DNA of 61,148 nucleotides, filler included, from Hausera hauseri (Eukaryota): NCBI GenBank assembly GCA_046269625.1. It is 12 parts of 12 records of this genome, joined end to end, with 100 filler letters (N's around TTAATTAATTAA, not from the genome) between each part and the next. Parts side by side here need not be neighbours in the genome. Positions count along the whole stretch, not along the records: positions 47,610 to 52,152 come from JBJURY010534454.1; positions 52,253 to 56,612 come from JBJURY010618109.1; positions 56,713 to 61,148 come from JBJURY010582223.1; 9 more parts are not named here. One strand, 5' to 3'. Shown piece by piece: positions 48,604 to 61,148 of this stretch (position 1 is its first letter; each line of letters starts with the position of its first letter). The notes under the pieces were generated by a model. It saw only the letters and a program-made list of their open reading frames with translations, ran no database searches and was not told where the DNA came from. The position numbers and the translations under genes were made by a program.

Positions 48604-51526
48604 TAAAGTTGTTCACAATATAAGAGCAAAATTTAAAAGTTAAAAATTTAAGCGAGCAACCCTTTCGTTTTGTGACAAATGATAAATGAAGTTGAAAGAA
48701 ACAAGTAAAAATGTATTTCCTGCGGTTTTCACCCCCACCCATTTCAGCTTTACTTTAGATAGCATATGGTTTCATACTTTCTGTGCTCCACGTTCTGTTC
48801 CTACTACATATTAAGTGCTTATTGGTGATTTAGCCGGTGTTAATGTGTTTATAATAAAAACTATATATGAACTTTATATTTGTGATTGTGCATTAGTTTT
48901 AGGAATTTTAAATTATTAAATATGACTATTATGAGTAAACAGATATTATACTCTTCTGCAAATATCTAACCTAGTGGTGTCAAAAGGACGCTCAGGAGTT
49001 ACCAGACTCTTTGTGACTGGTTCCTTGGCAAATCGATTTGGCGTTGTCAGTTGCTTACAAATGGAGAAATTTTGCCATACTGCGTTTTTATAAACCGTGG
49101 GCTAACGGAAAGTAATCGGCGATAGGAAGTAAAGAGGTTCGTGGTTCGTAATGTTGAAGTTTTCTGGAAAATGTCTGGAATACCTACTATGCTAATTATA
49201 GGAAGAAGTTCCTTGAACAAATTAGAGAAGCCCATTTTACAGTATGAAAATCTGAGAAAGTACAAAACTCGGAAAACTTTGAAGAAGAGAGAGTGCATTT
49301 TCAGCAGGAACTTGATTGTTTAGTCGATATTGCACATGAAAACGCTGACAGTTTAATCAGTTATGACAGTTGTAGAACTGAAGGTAATGAAAGCGGAAAA
49401 TTTAAAATTTCTTGAAGATCAGTATACTGTATGAAAGATGGAGCTGGGATACATGGACAGAAAGTACTTTAGCAAAGTGTAAACAGATTTACAACGGCAG
49501 ATGCAGGCACGTAAAGAGTCAAAAATGACATCTGTAATAAGGAGAAAAAACTGCAAATGATTCTGTTTTCACTGAAGATTGTAGTGATAATGATGACGAC
49601 GATGATGATGGTGGTGGTGGCAAAAAAACAAACATCAGCAAAGTGATCCCGATTTTAACAGTGCTTTCTGACATGGTTTCTGAACCTCCACAGTACAGTG
49701 GACAGACTGTGACGTTTAATTTACCTCGCAATCCTTTAGCCAGTCACACGATTTCCTGGATGGCTGATAGATTGAATCTTTCCTCTGGTAAACGCACAGC
49801 ATTTATGGCAGCTGTTCTCTTAGAAGGCGGTGTCAGTCTTCATTATGCCGCCTTTTCTGTCACAAGTACAACATCTGCATGTATTGATATTCGCACATCT
49901 GTCAGTGACAAAAGTTTGATTGATTTTATTCGACCTAAGCATTACATTTTGCACCGGAATGGCAAATTAGTACCAGATTTATACGGAGATTAGGAAAGAT
50001 TGGCTATTGTAATAAATAGAATACCACATTATGAAGAAGGTAAGATTCTTGGCGTTCCGACAATCACCCACAGTATTGGAGAGGAACAGGATAATATTAT
50101 TCAGGCCATGGTACAAATGTGGCAGATAGAAGCTCGTGTAAGAGCGCTCGTTTTTGATACCACAGCTTCAAACTCATGTTCGAAAACTGGATCACACGTT
50201 AAACTCATTCATTTTAGAGAAGTTACATGGAAGACCATCAATCCGGAAAAGGGCTTTAAAACTCTTCAAATAAAGAACTGCTAACTGCTAAGTAGGAAAA
50301 AGACACCGATAGGATCATTTTACAGAATTGTAGTCAGTGAACTTTCACTTGATGATTACAGAAAATGTGTTGAAGTAATGGTCATGATTCTAGGTGAATC
50401 ACCAGTTCGATGTAATCACTAGCTGCGTCCATCATGTTAGATGGCTGCCATGTGGCCTGTATTCAGACAAAATGTTTGTCTTTAGTGTTCAGGCAGGCTA
50501 TGAAAACTGCGTGATGCACAAACTGGAATCTGTGTGCATGTTTAGTGCTCCGTTGCATGTTGAGAAATGGTTGTCCGCATCACTTGCTGATGACGCTCCA
50601 TAATATGACCTTCAGCTGTACATTGTCTGATTAAGTACAGAAAATTTGATTCAAAGGTCGCAGACCCCACTGTCATTGCTCTAGAACGACACTTCTGGTA
50701 CCTTACCGAAGAGTGTTCGGTTTCCTCGTTGTTTCTTGAACGTGTATCTGATGCAGAAAAACAGCAAACGTATTGTCAACTGTTGCAATTTCCACAGCCG
50801 AAGACATTTGACAAAAGCCTACTCGTATTTCCGGTATTCAACACAAGTACCAGGCTCTCTTGTATGCTGGATCTAAAGTCATTATTTATCTTCCATAGTC
50901 TAGGGGTGAATAGTTCATGGTTAGGAAAACCAGTGGAAAATTTGAATCTTGCCTCTGATTACCAGGACGCTGAAATGTTTTTTCGTTACGTGAAAGTTGT
51001 CAGTGATCCTTCAGAACGCGCAGTCCAACTAATACAAACTTTTGAGAATAGCATTATGCATGATGAAGACCATAAATCATATCTTCTGCATATGGTGGAA
51101 GATCAACGAAAGTCGATACCCGACTTGAATAAAAGAACACTGAATGACATACAGAATATGTATTATGTAACATGCAAAACAGAAATTGTTAATATTGTCT
51201 GTGGTAGGTAGGCTATGCACTTTTCTATCAGTTTCTCAGACGCTATTATAGACAAGCAGGTAATTTTGATGTTCTAGTTCAAGTTGTCTTGTTGTATAGA
51301 CTGTATCAGAGTTATGTTTTAATTGATTTTTATCATTTGTCTTATCAAATGCACTAAAACAACATCTGGAAAAAATAGTAAACCAGTTAAAATCTTTGAT
51401 TGAAGTGGACGGGGATCAAAAATTGATCGAATAAGCTGAAAATTTGAGAAGTAGCATCTATTATAGTTTGTCACAGTATGGTAGGATTGCCTCTTTAAAA
51501 CGAAAAAAAATTTTAGAACAACTCTA
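48604..51526 (+). mobile_element. Degenerate hAT-superfamily (hATm-like) DNA transposon with both ends
   Basis: HRNGKL (HWDGKL), GKILGVP, LVFDTTASN, HHVRW, RHFWYLTEE, VVSDPSERAV; TIRs TAAAGTTGTTC and GAACAACTCTA; flanks CAGTGGTG and CTATGGTG. Confidence 0.75.
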
Positions 51527-52252
51527 CTATGGTGACACATGAACATAGACAAAACACATTCATGAAAGAATAGGCGATTGATTATCGGGTGAAAACATTT
51601 TAGGTTGACAAAATTTCAAAAGAACGATACAAATCGAATATTAAAAGAAAATTCACTTGAAAAAGGAACGAAAATTTTGTAAAACTTCAGAATAGACAAA
51701 AATAGTGAGGGGATACTTGAACAAGTACGAAAAGTTCTCAATTAAATGCTCAAATTGCGTTATTTTGACTTCGTTGGCAAAAGATTTTTTCATATTATTA
51801 ATCGGCGTTATATTTTTCACGTCTATCCAACTAATTGTTATAAAAAATCTTGTACGACAGTTAGAAATGTTCCCTCTGCAAGAATCTGCAATAAAATATG
51901 GTACTATTTCGATTGAAAAGTGCAAAGAACACTAAAAGTAGCACCATTTTAAGTAGATTGAAGAGAGTCCACTGCGTCAAGACCCCCCCCCAGGGAAAGG
52001 GAAAAGATTTGGTTCGTGAATGAGTCATGGGGTAGAAAAAATGATACACACGCCGGTTAATATGGCGGTGATAGGAGACACAGTTAGAAAGTGGATACAC
52101 ACAAGCAAGCGTACTGTATGGATTTTAGGTAAGTATGGGGAAAATGTGCTTTNNNNNNNNNNNNNNNNNNNNNNNNNNNNNNNNNNNNNNNNNNNNTTAA
52201 TTAATTAANNNNNNNNNNNNNNNNNNNNNNNNNNNNNNNNNNNNNNNNNNNN

Positions 52253-55200
52253 ATAAAACCAATTCGAGTCGCACTTGGTTACAGTTTCATTTGCAATGGC
52301 TTAAAGCCAATCATATCACAGACTCCTTTTTGCGGGAAAACAGTTTGCTGCTATTACTTTCAGCTAACATCAAGCAGCAGATCAACAATCTTGCTGACAT
52401 ATTCACTTTTTCAACTCCATATGATATGCTTTACGAATCAGTTCTGCATATCACCGACCCTTCCATTGACATCATAATTCAGAAATACTTCAGTGAACAC
52501 GCCATAGGAAATCAAAAACCGTCGGATTTCCTTAAAACTGCAATCTCGCAACTGAGCTCCTTGGGCGTCACTCCCATAAACAATACAGATCTTCTTCGTC
52601 GGTATTTGCATTCACCCTTGCCAATCTTCATCAGATCATTGCTCACGGTAGTAGACGACTCAACGGCCCTTGAAAAGCTCTCCCTATTGGCAGACAAAAG
52701 TTTTGATATTTTGCTGCCTAATAATTCATAGCCAGTAGCTGCAGCAACCGTTCATACACCGTCACACACAGATAACACTTTATTTGCACAACAACTACAT
52801 ATGATGCAAAAGCAGTTCGACACACTCCAATAAGCAATTTCTGCGATCACAGCCCAACTCAGTGACTTATCCGTGCCTCAAGGAAGCGAAAACCGTATTT
52901 CGCGCAATCGTAGTTTTTCAAGGCACTCTTATCGGTCCAAATCTAGAAATGGTAGAATGACGTGTTTTTATCACAATAAATTCCTCAGAGACGCAAGGAA
53001 ATGTGTTTTAGGTTGTCGATTTTACGACGAACATTATGCAGTAGACAAACCTATCTGCATTTATCACACAAAGTATCAGTCCAAAGCTATGTCATGCGTG
53101 CCAGGATATAAACATTATAAAAAGAATTTTAGTTTTTTTCCATCTTCGTCGCCTCCTCGCACTCATTATTCTTCATCTTTCTACCAACAAGTCTCAAAAA
53201 GCCAATAACGCCACCAGATGCCACGGCACATTCTGGTACAGGCAATGTCGTTCAAACTTCTGGACGTTTCGACACCGCCTCTGCAGCCTTTCTGTTTGTA
53301 GCTGATCTATTATTTGGAGACACATCACACATAGACTTTCTTATCGATTTAGGAGCCGCCTTTTCACTTCTTTCTTTGCCTTTCGCTCCTACATCCAACA
53401 CGGTTTTCTCCTCCACTCTTCACTGCCTAGGTCAAATCTTGAACATAGTAAGTACCACAAACTGTCTTTCACATTCCACAAACTACCAGGGAATTCATCT
53501 TGGGAATTTCATATAGCCAATATCAGATTGCCCATAATAGGCTCCGACTTCCTGGCCGCACACGATTTGTTATTCGATTGCAGATATAGATATCTCCTGC
53601 TTAGAAATCCTGTTGCAAATACCATCAAATGCACACCAGACGACTTGTCTTCTTCTGCTCATTTAAATGTCAATTTGACATACAGTTTATCGGCTGATAA
53701 CAATATACTTTGCGATTCGTCAATATTTTCAATTTCGTCAAGTGGAAACAAATCAATCTTGAAACAATAGGCTAAACTGAATGTCGTTTATGAAGTGTTC
53801 AGTCATTCTACATCAACTACAGCCACTGACTCTTCCAATAATATGCCCTTATCATTCTTACCGTTGGGTCCTGATCTTAGACCCTACATCAAAACTTCTT
53901 GTTTCCACACTCTCAAGAAGGACATAAATTTCATACCGCACTCTACAACTTATCACCACATAGTCACCGAATACCAAAGACCTATCAGACAAAAGATCAG
54001 ACTACTGTCACCTCGGAGGCGAAAAGCCGTTGAATCAGAGTTCAGTGAACTCGAAAAGGCTGGCATTATTCGACGATCCAAATTACCATGGGCTTTACCT
54101 TTGCATGTAGTGTCAAAGAAAGATGGCACTTACAGACCATGTGGTGACTATCGGCAGTTAAATAATCTAACAGCTCTGGATGCTTATCCTTTACATCTCG
54201 TAAAGAACATCCTGCACAGTCTTACAAATACTACTTATTATTATTATCAAATATCAGTTGCACCTGATGATATTCCAAAAACTGCTGTTATCACTCCATT
54301 TGGCCTCTATGAATATATCTTTATGCCGTTTGGTTTACGTAGTGCTTCTCAAGCTTTCCAACGACACATTGATACCGTAATGTCAGACATTGACTTTGCT
54401 CATCCATACATTGATGGCATACTAGTTGCCTCTTTATCTGTTGAACAGCATCAAGAACACCTTCGTATTATCTTTCACACACCATATTATAGAAATTTGC
54501 AAGTCAACTTCTCCAAATGTCATTTCTTTCAAAAAAGTGTTAATTTCCTAGGTCACGTCATCACTCCTCACGGCCACTCTCCACAACCGGATCAACTACA
54601 ACAATGGAGGAACATAACTCTACCAACGACTATCACGGTCATGAGAAGTTTCTTAGGCACACTCCACTTCATCCACAAATACGTACCGCATTGCTCTCAG
54701 CTTTAGCGCATCTATCATTTGGGGAAAGATGCAGTTGATCCACTGGACTTCTGATTTGGTAACGAAATTTGATCACTTGCGCTAAGGCCTTAAAACCGTA
54801 GAAATACTGGCCTATCCTAAACCAAAGGTTGATCTTTTACTTACAACCGATGCCTCAACCACAACTACTGGTGCTGTACTACACCAGATCTCTAATGGCG
54901 TCGACGAGCCATTATAATTCTATTCTAGGAAGCTTACACAACCCGACAGCCGTTACTCCACATTTGACCGTGATTTACTCGTCATAGTTCTGGCAGTAAA
55001 ACACTTCAAATACTTAATTCTCTCTCGTCCATTCGTCACTCAAACTGACCACAAGCCTCTGCTGCGTACCATGTCGTTAAAAGAGCCATCACCGAGGCAA
55101 GAGAGATATATCATACCTGTCTACGTTCAGTTTTGTTTTGGAATACATTTCAGGCACAGATAACTTGGTAGCTGATTTTCTCTAGAGGTCGGTTGGATCT

Positions 55201-56612
55201 ATTAGAGTTGAGCCGATTTTCTCATTTGAAATCTTAAAGGCCAAACAACCGTCTGCTGATTTCCTTAGTTCCTTCAAATCCTTCAACATCATTGATGGCA
55301 TAGTTTTTGATACATCGAATTCCGGTAATAAAAGGATCATTTTAGCACCACCTTTACAAAAGCCAGCTTTCGTTCATACGCATTCACTCGATCATCCGGG
55401 TTCTAAAACAACCTTTTGTCTGTTACAACGTCATGTAGTTTGGCCACCAGTGTGCAAAGATGCACAGGGCTGGGTTAAGGAGTGTGTAGCATGTCAAAAA
55501 TATAAAATTAACAAACATCTGAAACCGCCGCTTTACCATTTCCCCTGTACATCACGCTTTCATACAGTTCATCTTGATCTCGTTGGTCCTTTACCTTCAG
55601 ACAACGGATATAAAAATATATTTACCATGATGGATCGTGCTTCTCGCTGGCCTGAAGCCGTTCTTCTTCGTTCAACGAACACTGATTCAGCTGCCGACGC
55701 CTTTATAAAAATCTGAATCAGTCGTTTTGGTCTTCACGTTACGTATTATTGGATCAAGGTCCACAATTTGAGTCGGAACTTTTCAAATCGCTTGTTAAAC
55801 GCCTGGGAATATCCCATTTCCACACTACACCATATCATCCTCAAGAAAATGGTATCCTTGAAAGGTTCCATCGCACAATGAAAATTTCTCTAAAAATCTT
55901 GGCTGACAATCATCACAATTGTACTTATATTCTACCGTTTGTTCTACTAAGTTGGCGCAACACACAATCTATCACTGCCGGTTGTGCACCAACCGAAGCA
56001 CTCTTTGGGACTCCAATTCTGACCTTATTTGAGCTTTCTGATCTCGACGACAACCCAACAGACGAAAATATTTGTGCGGCCAATCTCACTTCGTCGAGGT
56101 CAGCTCAGATTCATTCTGTCGCCTCTTTAACAACAACAAATCCTATATTTCGAAGGATTTATACTTTTTTAAGTTTGTGTGGTTAAAAGATCAATCACGT
56201 TCAGGCTTTAGACCTGAATATGTTGGCCCGTACAAAATGCTGAATCTTTCATCTCACATAGCCACCGTTTTGCGCCAAGATAAACTCTACAACGTCCACA
56301 TTTCGAATCTGAAGCCTGATTTCTTCATTGATGACAATCCGAATGCCAATGTTACCACCAATACAAACTCACCTCTTTCTCCTACCGATTTTCTAAACGA
56401 CTTTGAGCAGTTTTAGCAATCACTGTTCGACCACACTCAATCATCATTTCCTTCATCCTTCCCGCCCCTCTCTCTGTCATCATGCTCACTACTTTCTTCG
56501 CCTTCTTTGCCTATACCCACTGTTTTATCGCCTTCAATTTTATCGCTTCCTTTTCTTGACACATTCTCCTCGTCACCTCCAGCACAAACCAATCATGTAA
56601 GGCGCGTAGAGT
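52253..56612 (+). mobile_element. Ty3/Gypsy (CsRN1-like) copy 5: near-complete degenerate gag-PR-RT-RH-INT
   Basis: Gag QWLKANHITDSFL; RT RPCGDYRQLN, MPFGLRSASQAFQR, YIDGIL; integrase HLDLVGPLP, DQGPQFES, NGILERFHR, GPY. Confidence 0.93.
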
Positions 56613-56712
56613 NNNNNNNNNNNNNNNNNNNNNNNNNNNNNNNNNNNNNNNNNNNNTTAATTAATTAANNNNNNNNNNNNNNNNNNNNNNNNNNNNNNNN
56701 NNNNNNNNNNNN

Positions 56713-59700
56713 CTTGTCATTGGCGGTATCAAAAGCGGCACCACCCATGACCAGCTTGATGGTGGCCACATCGGCCGGAGTGGTGGTGGGAGCCTGTATA
56801 TTGGCCGCCACTGCCTTGCCTGCGGCAGCATCGGTCGCATTGATCTTCAGGCTGTCGGTGGCATCTGTCCCACTGGTGGCTTTCAGATCCACGGCATCGG
56901 GCACCTTGGTATCCACGGTCAGCGTCACGACACCGGAAGCGCCCGTATTGCCGACGGCATCCAGATAACTGATCGTCACACTGCGGTCGCCTTGTGTGGC
57001 ATCGGTAGTCGTCTTGAACATAATACCCGAAGCCAGTGTGCTCACCTGTGCAGCGGAGAACGCCCCACCCGATCCGGTTTTGGTCAGGAGCAACGTTTTT
57101 CCGGTGGCATCGTAGCTATAATCTACCCCGCTAACGCCATTGATCGTCTTGTTGGTAGCCGATATATTCGTCGACAACGCAATAGAGGTATCCAGCGTCA
57201 ATTGATCCTTGGCGGAATCCAGTCCACTCAAAGCCAGTTTGATGGTGGTGATGGAAGCGCTCAAAGGTTGCTGCAGGGCGGGTGCAATCACCTTGCCTGC
57301 AGTCGCCTCGCTGGCATTCACCGTGACTGTCGTTGCAGCCTGTGTACCCGTTGTTGCTGCCAAGTCCACCGCATCGGGGGCTGCCGTGCTGACAGTCAGC
57401 GTTACCGTACCGGCGGCACCACTATTGCCCAGCGCATCCTGATAGCTGATGGTGGCGGTGCGGTCGCCCTGCGTGGCATTGGTAGCTGTCTTGAACTTGA
57501 CACCGGTCATGATGCTGCTCACATCGCTGGCCAGAAATGCGCCGTTGCCATTTTTGGTGATCAGCAGCGTTTTGCTGGTACTGTCATATTGATAGTCCAC
57601 GCCCGTCACGCTGTTGATGGTCTTGTTCAGCACCTTGCCCGTGGTGCTGCTGGCCAGACTCAAATCGGCATCGAGTACCAGCTTGTCGTTGGCCGTATCC
57701 AGATTACCCGCCAGCACCAGCTTGATTTGCGTAATGTCAGAGTCGGTTGTTGTTGGCGTTTGCAATGCCGGTGCCAGTGCCTTGCCTGCGGTCGCTTCAG
57801 AGGCACTGACCGTTAAACTGGCTGTGGCCTGCGTACCAGTAGAGGCACTCAGATCCACCGCATCGGGCACCTTGGTATCTACCTTGATGGTTACGGTACC
57901 CGCCGTACCGGAATTACCGGCAATATCCAGATAAGTGATGGTGGCGGAGCGATCTCCCTGTGTGGCGTTGGTAGCCGTCTTGAACTTGATCGCCGAAACC
58001 AGCGAGGCCACCACGGTGTTGGTGAATGATCCGCCACCATTTTTGGTCAGCGTGAGGGTTTTGCTCGTGCTGTCATATTGATAATCAACCCCGGTGACAC
58101 CACCGATGGTTTTGTTGGTAACCTTGACGGCACTGGCAGCCAGTGACAGGTCAACATCGAGTCCCAGCTTGTCATTGGCGGTGTCTACCGAGCCAGCCAG
58201 TGCCAGGGTGACCGTTGCAATGTCGTCGGCAGCCGGTGTAGCCACAGTAGGGGCTATCGCCTTGCCATTCGGGGCTTCGGTGAGATTCAGGGTAACCGTA
58301 GAAACGGCTTGCACATTGTCCTTGGCATTGTCCAGATCAACCGCATCCGGTGCCGTGGTATCCAGCCGCACCGTTGTGGTCGCTGCCGTACCAACATTCC
58401 CGACAATATCGGCATAGCTGACGCTCACCGCACGATCTCCTTGCGTGGTGCTGGTGGTCTTGAACTTGATCGCAGACAACATGTCATCCAGAGTGCTATT
58501 GGTAAACGACGCACCGCTGCCGGGGGTCAGCACAAGAGTCTTGTTGGCTGCCGTATAGCTATAGTTGACTGATACGCCACCCACACTCACGCCAGTTGCC
58601 GTTTTATCGGCATTGAGCGGCACATCGGCATTCAGTGCCAGTATGTCCTTGGCAGAATCCAAAGCGCCACTGAGCACCAGGGTGACTTTGGCAATGTCAC
58701 TCGCCGACGGGGCCTTGATGTTCGGCATGACCAACTTGCCGCTGGAGGCCTCACTGGCATTTACTGTCACCAGGGCAGTAGCGTCAGCGGTTTCGGTTGA
58801 CTTGTCCAGATCAACCGCATCCGGGACAACGGTATCCACCGTCAGAGTCACAACTCCGGCAGTTCCGGCATTCCCGGCGGCATCCTGATAGCTGATGGTG
58901 GCGGTGCGGTCGCCCACCGTGGTGCTGGTCGTCTTGAACAAAATACCCGATGCAATATTCTTCACCTGGTCGTTGGCGAAAACCCCTCCCCCGTTTTTGC
59001 TCAGCGTGAGGGCTTTGCTGGTGCTGTCATACTGATAGTCCACACCGCTCACCCCATTGATGGTTTTGTTCAGCACCTTGCCCGAGGTGCTGCTGGCCAG
59101 GCTCAAGTCTGCATCGAGCACCAGCTTGTCATTGGCGGTATCAAAAGCGGCACCACCCATGACCAGCTTGATGGTGGCCACATCGGCCGGAGTGGTGGTG
59201 GTGGGAGCCTGTATATTGGCCGCCACTGCCTTGCCGGCAGATGCCTCGCTGGCATTCACGGTCACGCTGGAGGCAGCCTGGGTGCCATTGGTGTCCTTGT
59301 CCAGATCAACCGCATCGGGCACCTTGGTATCCACGGTCAGCGTCACGACCCCGGCGTCTCCCGTATTACCGAAGCTGTCGGTAAAACTGATGGTTGCCGT
59401 GCGATTGCCTTGTGTGGCATTTGCCGCTGTTTTGAACTTGATGCCCGTCACGATGTTATCTACATCAGCGGCGGCAAAAGCGCTGCCGCCCGTGCGGGTC
59501 AAGGTCAGGGTCTTGCTGGCGCTGTCAAAGGCATAATTCACATTCATGATGCCATTGATCGTTCTGGCCGTGGCCGAACCATTGGCATTCAATGCCAGAT
59601 CACTCGTATCCAGCCCGGCCAGTTTGTCATTGGCGGCATCAAAACCAGCCCCACCCAGCACAATCTTGATACTGGCAATATCGGTAGCAACCGGCTCCTT

Positions 59701-61148
59701 GATATTGGGCGCAATCACCTTGCCTGCCGACGCATCGGTGGCATTGACTACAACTGCGGCCGTGGCATCAACAGTTGACGTGGATTTATCCAGATCAACC
59801 GCATCGGGCGAGGTTCTGTCCACCGTCATGGATACCGTACCACTGGTGCCGATGGTGCCTGCGACATCGGCATAACTGATCGTAACGGTACGCTCACCCG
59901 CCGTGCTGCTGGTAGTCTTGAACAGAATACCCGATGCAATATTCTTCACCTGTTCGTTGGTGAAAACACCTCCCCCGTTTTTGCTCAGCGTGAGGGCTTT
60001 GGTGGTGCTGTCATATTGATAGTCCACACCCGTCACGTTGTTGATGGTTTTGTTCAGCACCTTGCCCGTGGTGCTGCTGGCCAGACTCAAGTCTGCATCG
60101 AGCACCAGCTTGTCATTGGCGGTATCCACCGAGCCGGACAGTACCATTTTGATGGTGCCAATGTCGGCGGCAGTAGGTTCTTGTACACCCGCAGCAATGG
60201 CCTTGCCCGCTGCAGCTTCAGAACTGTTCATGAGCACTGTATCAGTGGCATTGGTACCCGTGGCAGCTTTCAGATCAACCGCATCGGGGGCAACCGTATC
60301 CACCGTCAACGTTACAACACCTGCTTCTCCGACATTACCAACCGTATCGGTATAGCTGATGGTAGCGGTACGATTGCCCTGCGTGGCACCAGAAGATGCT
60401 GTTTTAATCTGTATGGCTGCCACAATACTCGCCACATCGGCAGCAGCAAACGCGCCGCCGCCGTTTTTGGTCACGATCAGGGTTTTACTGGCAGTCTCAT
60501 AGGTGTAATTCACCCCGGTCACACCACCCAACACCGCATTGGTGCCCGATTTGTCTGACCCGATGGGCGCATCACTATCCAGTACCAATTTGTCCTTGGT
60601 GGTATCCATGGTGCCACCCAAAACCAGCTTGATGCTGGCAATGTCGGTAGCCGACGGGGTTTTGATATTGGGTGCCACAGCCTTGCCTGACGTAGATTCA
60701 GCGGCATTGATGGTTACTGTGGAGGCGGCATCGACCGTCGTCGTGTTTTTATCCAGATCAACCGCATCGGGTGGTGTCTTGTCTACCATTATGGTGACGG
60801 TTGCCGATGTACCGGTGTTGCCCACCAGGTCGGTATAGCTCACGGTAGCGGTTCTGTCACCCGAATTACTGCTGGTAGTCTTGAACAGGACGCCCGACAT
60901 GATGGTACTGACCTGTGCGTTGGTGAAGACACCTCCCCCGTTTTTGCTCAGCGCGAGGGTTTTGGTGGTGCTGTCATATTGATAGTCCACACCGCTCACC
61001 CCATTGATGGTTTTGTTCAGCACCTTGCCCGAGGTGCTGCTGGTCAGGCTCAAGTCTGCATCGAGCACCAGCTTGTCATTGGCGGTATCAAAAGCGGCAC
61101 CACCCATGACCAGCTTGATGGTGGCCACATCGGCCGGAGTGGTGGTGG
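56713..61148 (-). CDS. Internal fragment of a giant bacterial repetitive surface adhesin (about 160-aa beta-rich repeats)
   Basis: Open frame of more than 1470 codons across the whole contig; nine PDAVDL repeats; Thr/Ala/Gly/Asp-rich; GC far higher than the other contigs. Confidence 0.88.

Noticed and set aside
56613-56800. Horizontal transfer of the bacterial adhesin next to a Gypsy element
   Set aside because: Separated by a linker; no physical linkage is shown
56714-60838. Many plus-strand ORFs opposite the adhesin
   Set aside because: Shadow ORFs from GC-rich repetitive codon usage

Overview
This window is not one locus. It is 12 short contigs joined by artificial 100-bp linkers (N44-TTAATTAATTAA-N44), with one further 100-N gap at 34889-34988, so adjacency across linkers means nothing. 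Eleven contigs are AT-rich animal DNA, probably spiralian and possibly flatworm judging from a Lox4/Ubx-like Hox fragment. They are dominated by decayed mobile elements: pieces of Polinton/Maverick-type DNA virus-like elements (two pPolB genes; an integrase, packaging ATPase, pX-like, TBP-like, dUTPase and DEDD-nuclease block), five copies of a CsRN1-like Ty3/Gypsy family, a short-LTR Gypsy, a Gypsy next to a chuvirus-like glycoprotein, the 3' end of an LTR element carrying FN3-membrane and exonuclease-like cargo, and mariner, Tc1 and hAT remnants. Degenerate host genes are neurabin/spinophilin-like, an RRM protein and a Hox gene. One apparently intact, Cys-free, helical-repeat host protein has very cationic repeats. 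The last contig is GC-rich, bacterial-looking DNA encoding part of a giant repetitive adhesin. Best leads: a TBP-carrying Polinton-like element, two unannotated protein families shared between the Polinton contigs, the chuvirus-like env beside a Gypsy pol, and the LTR cargo genes. All family calls come from motif recognition by eye; no database searches were run.
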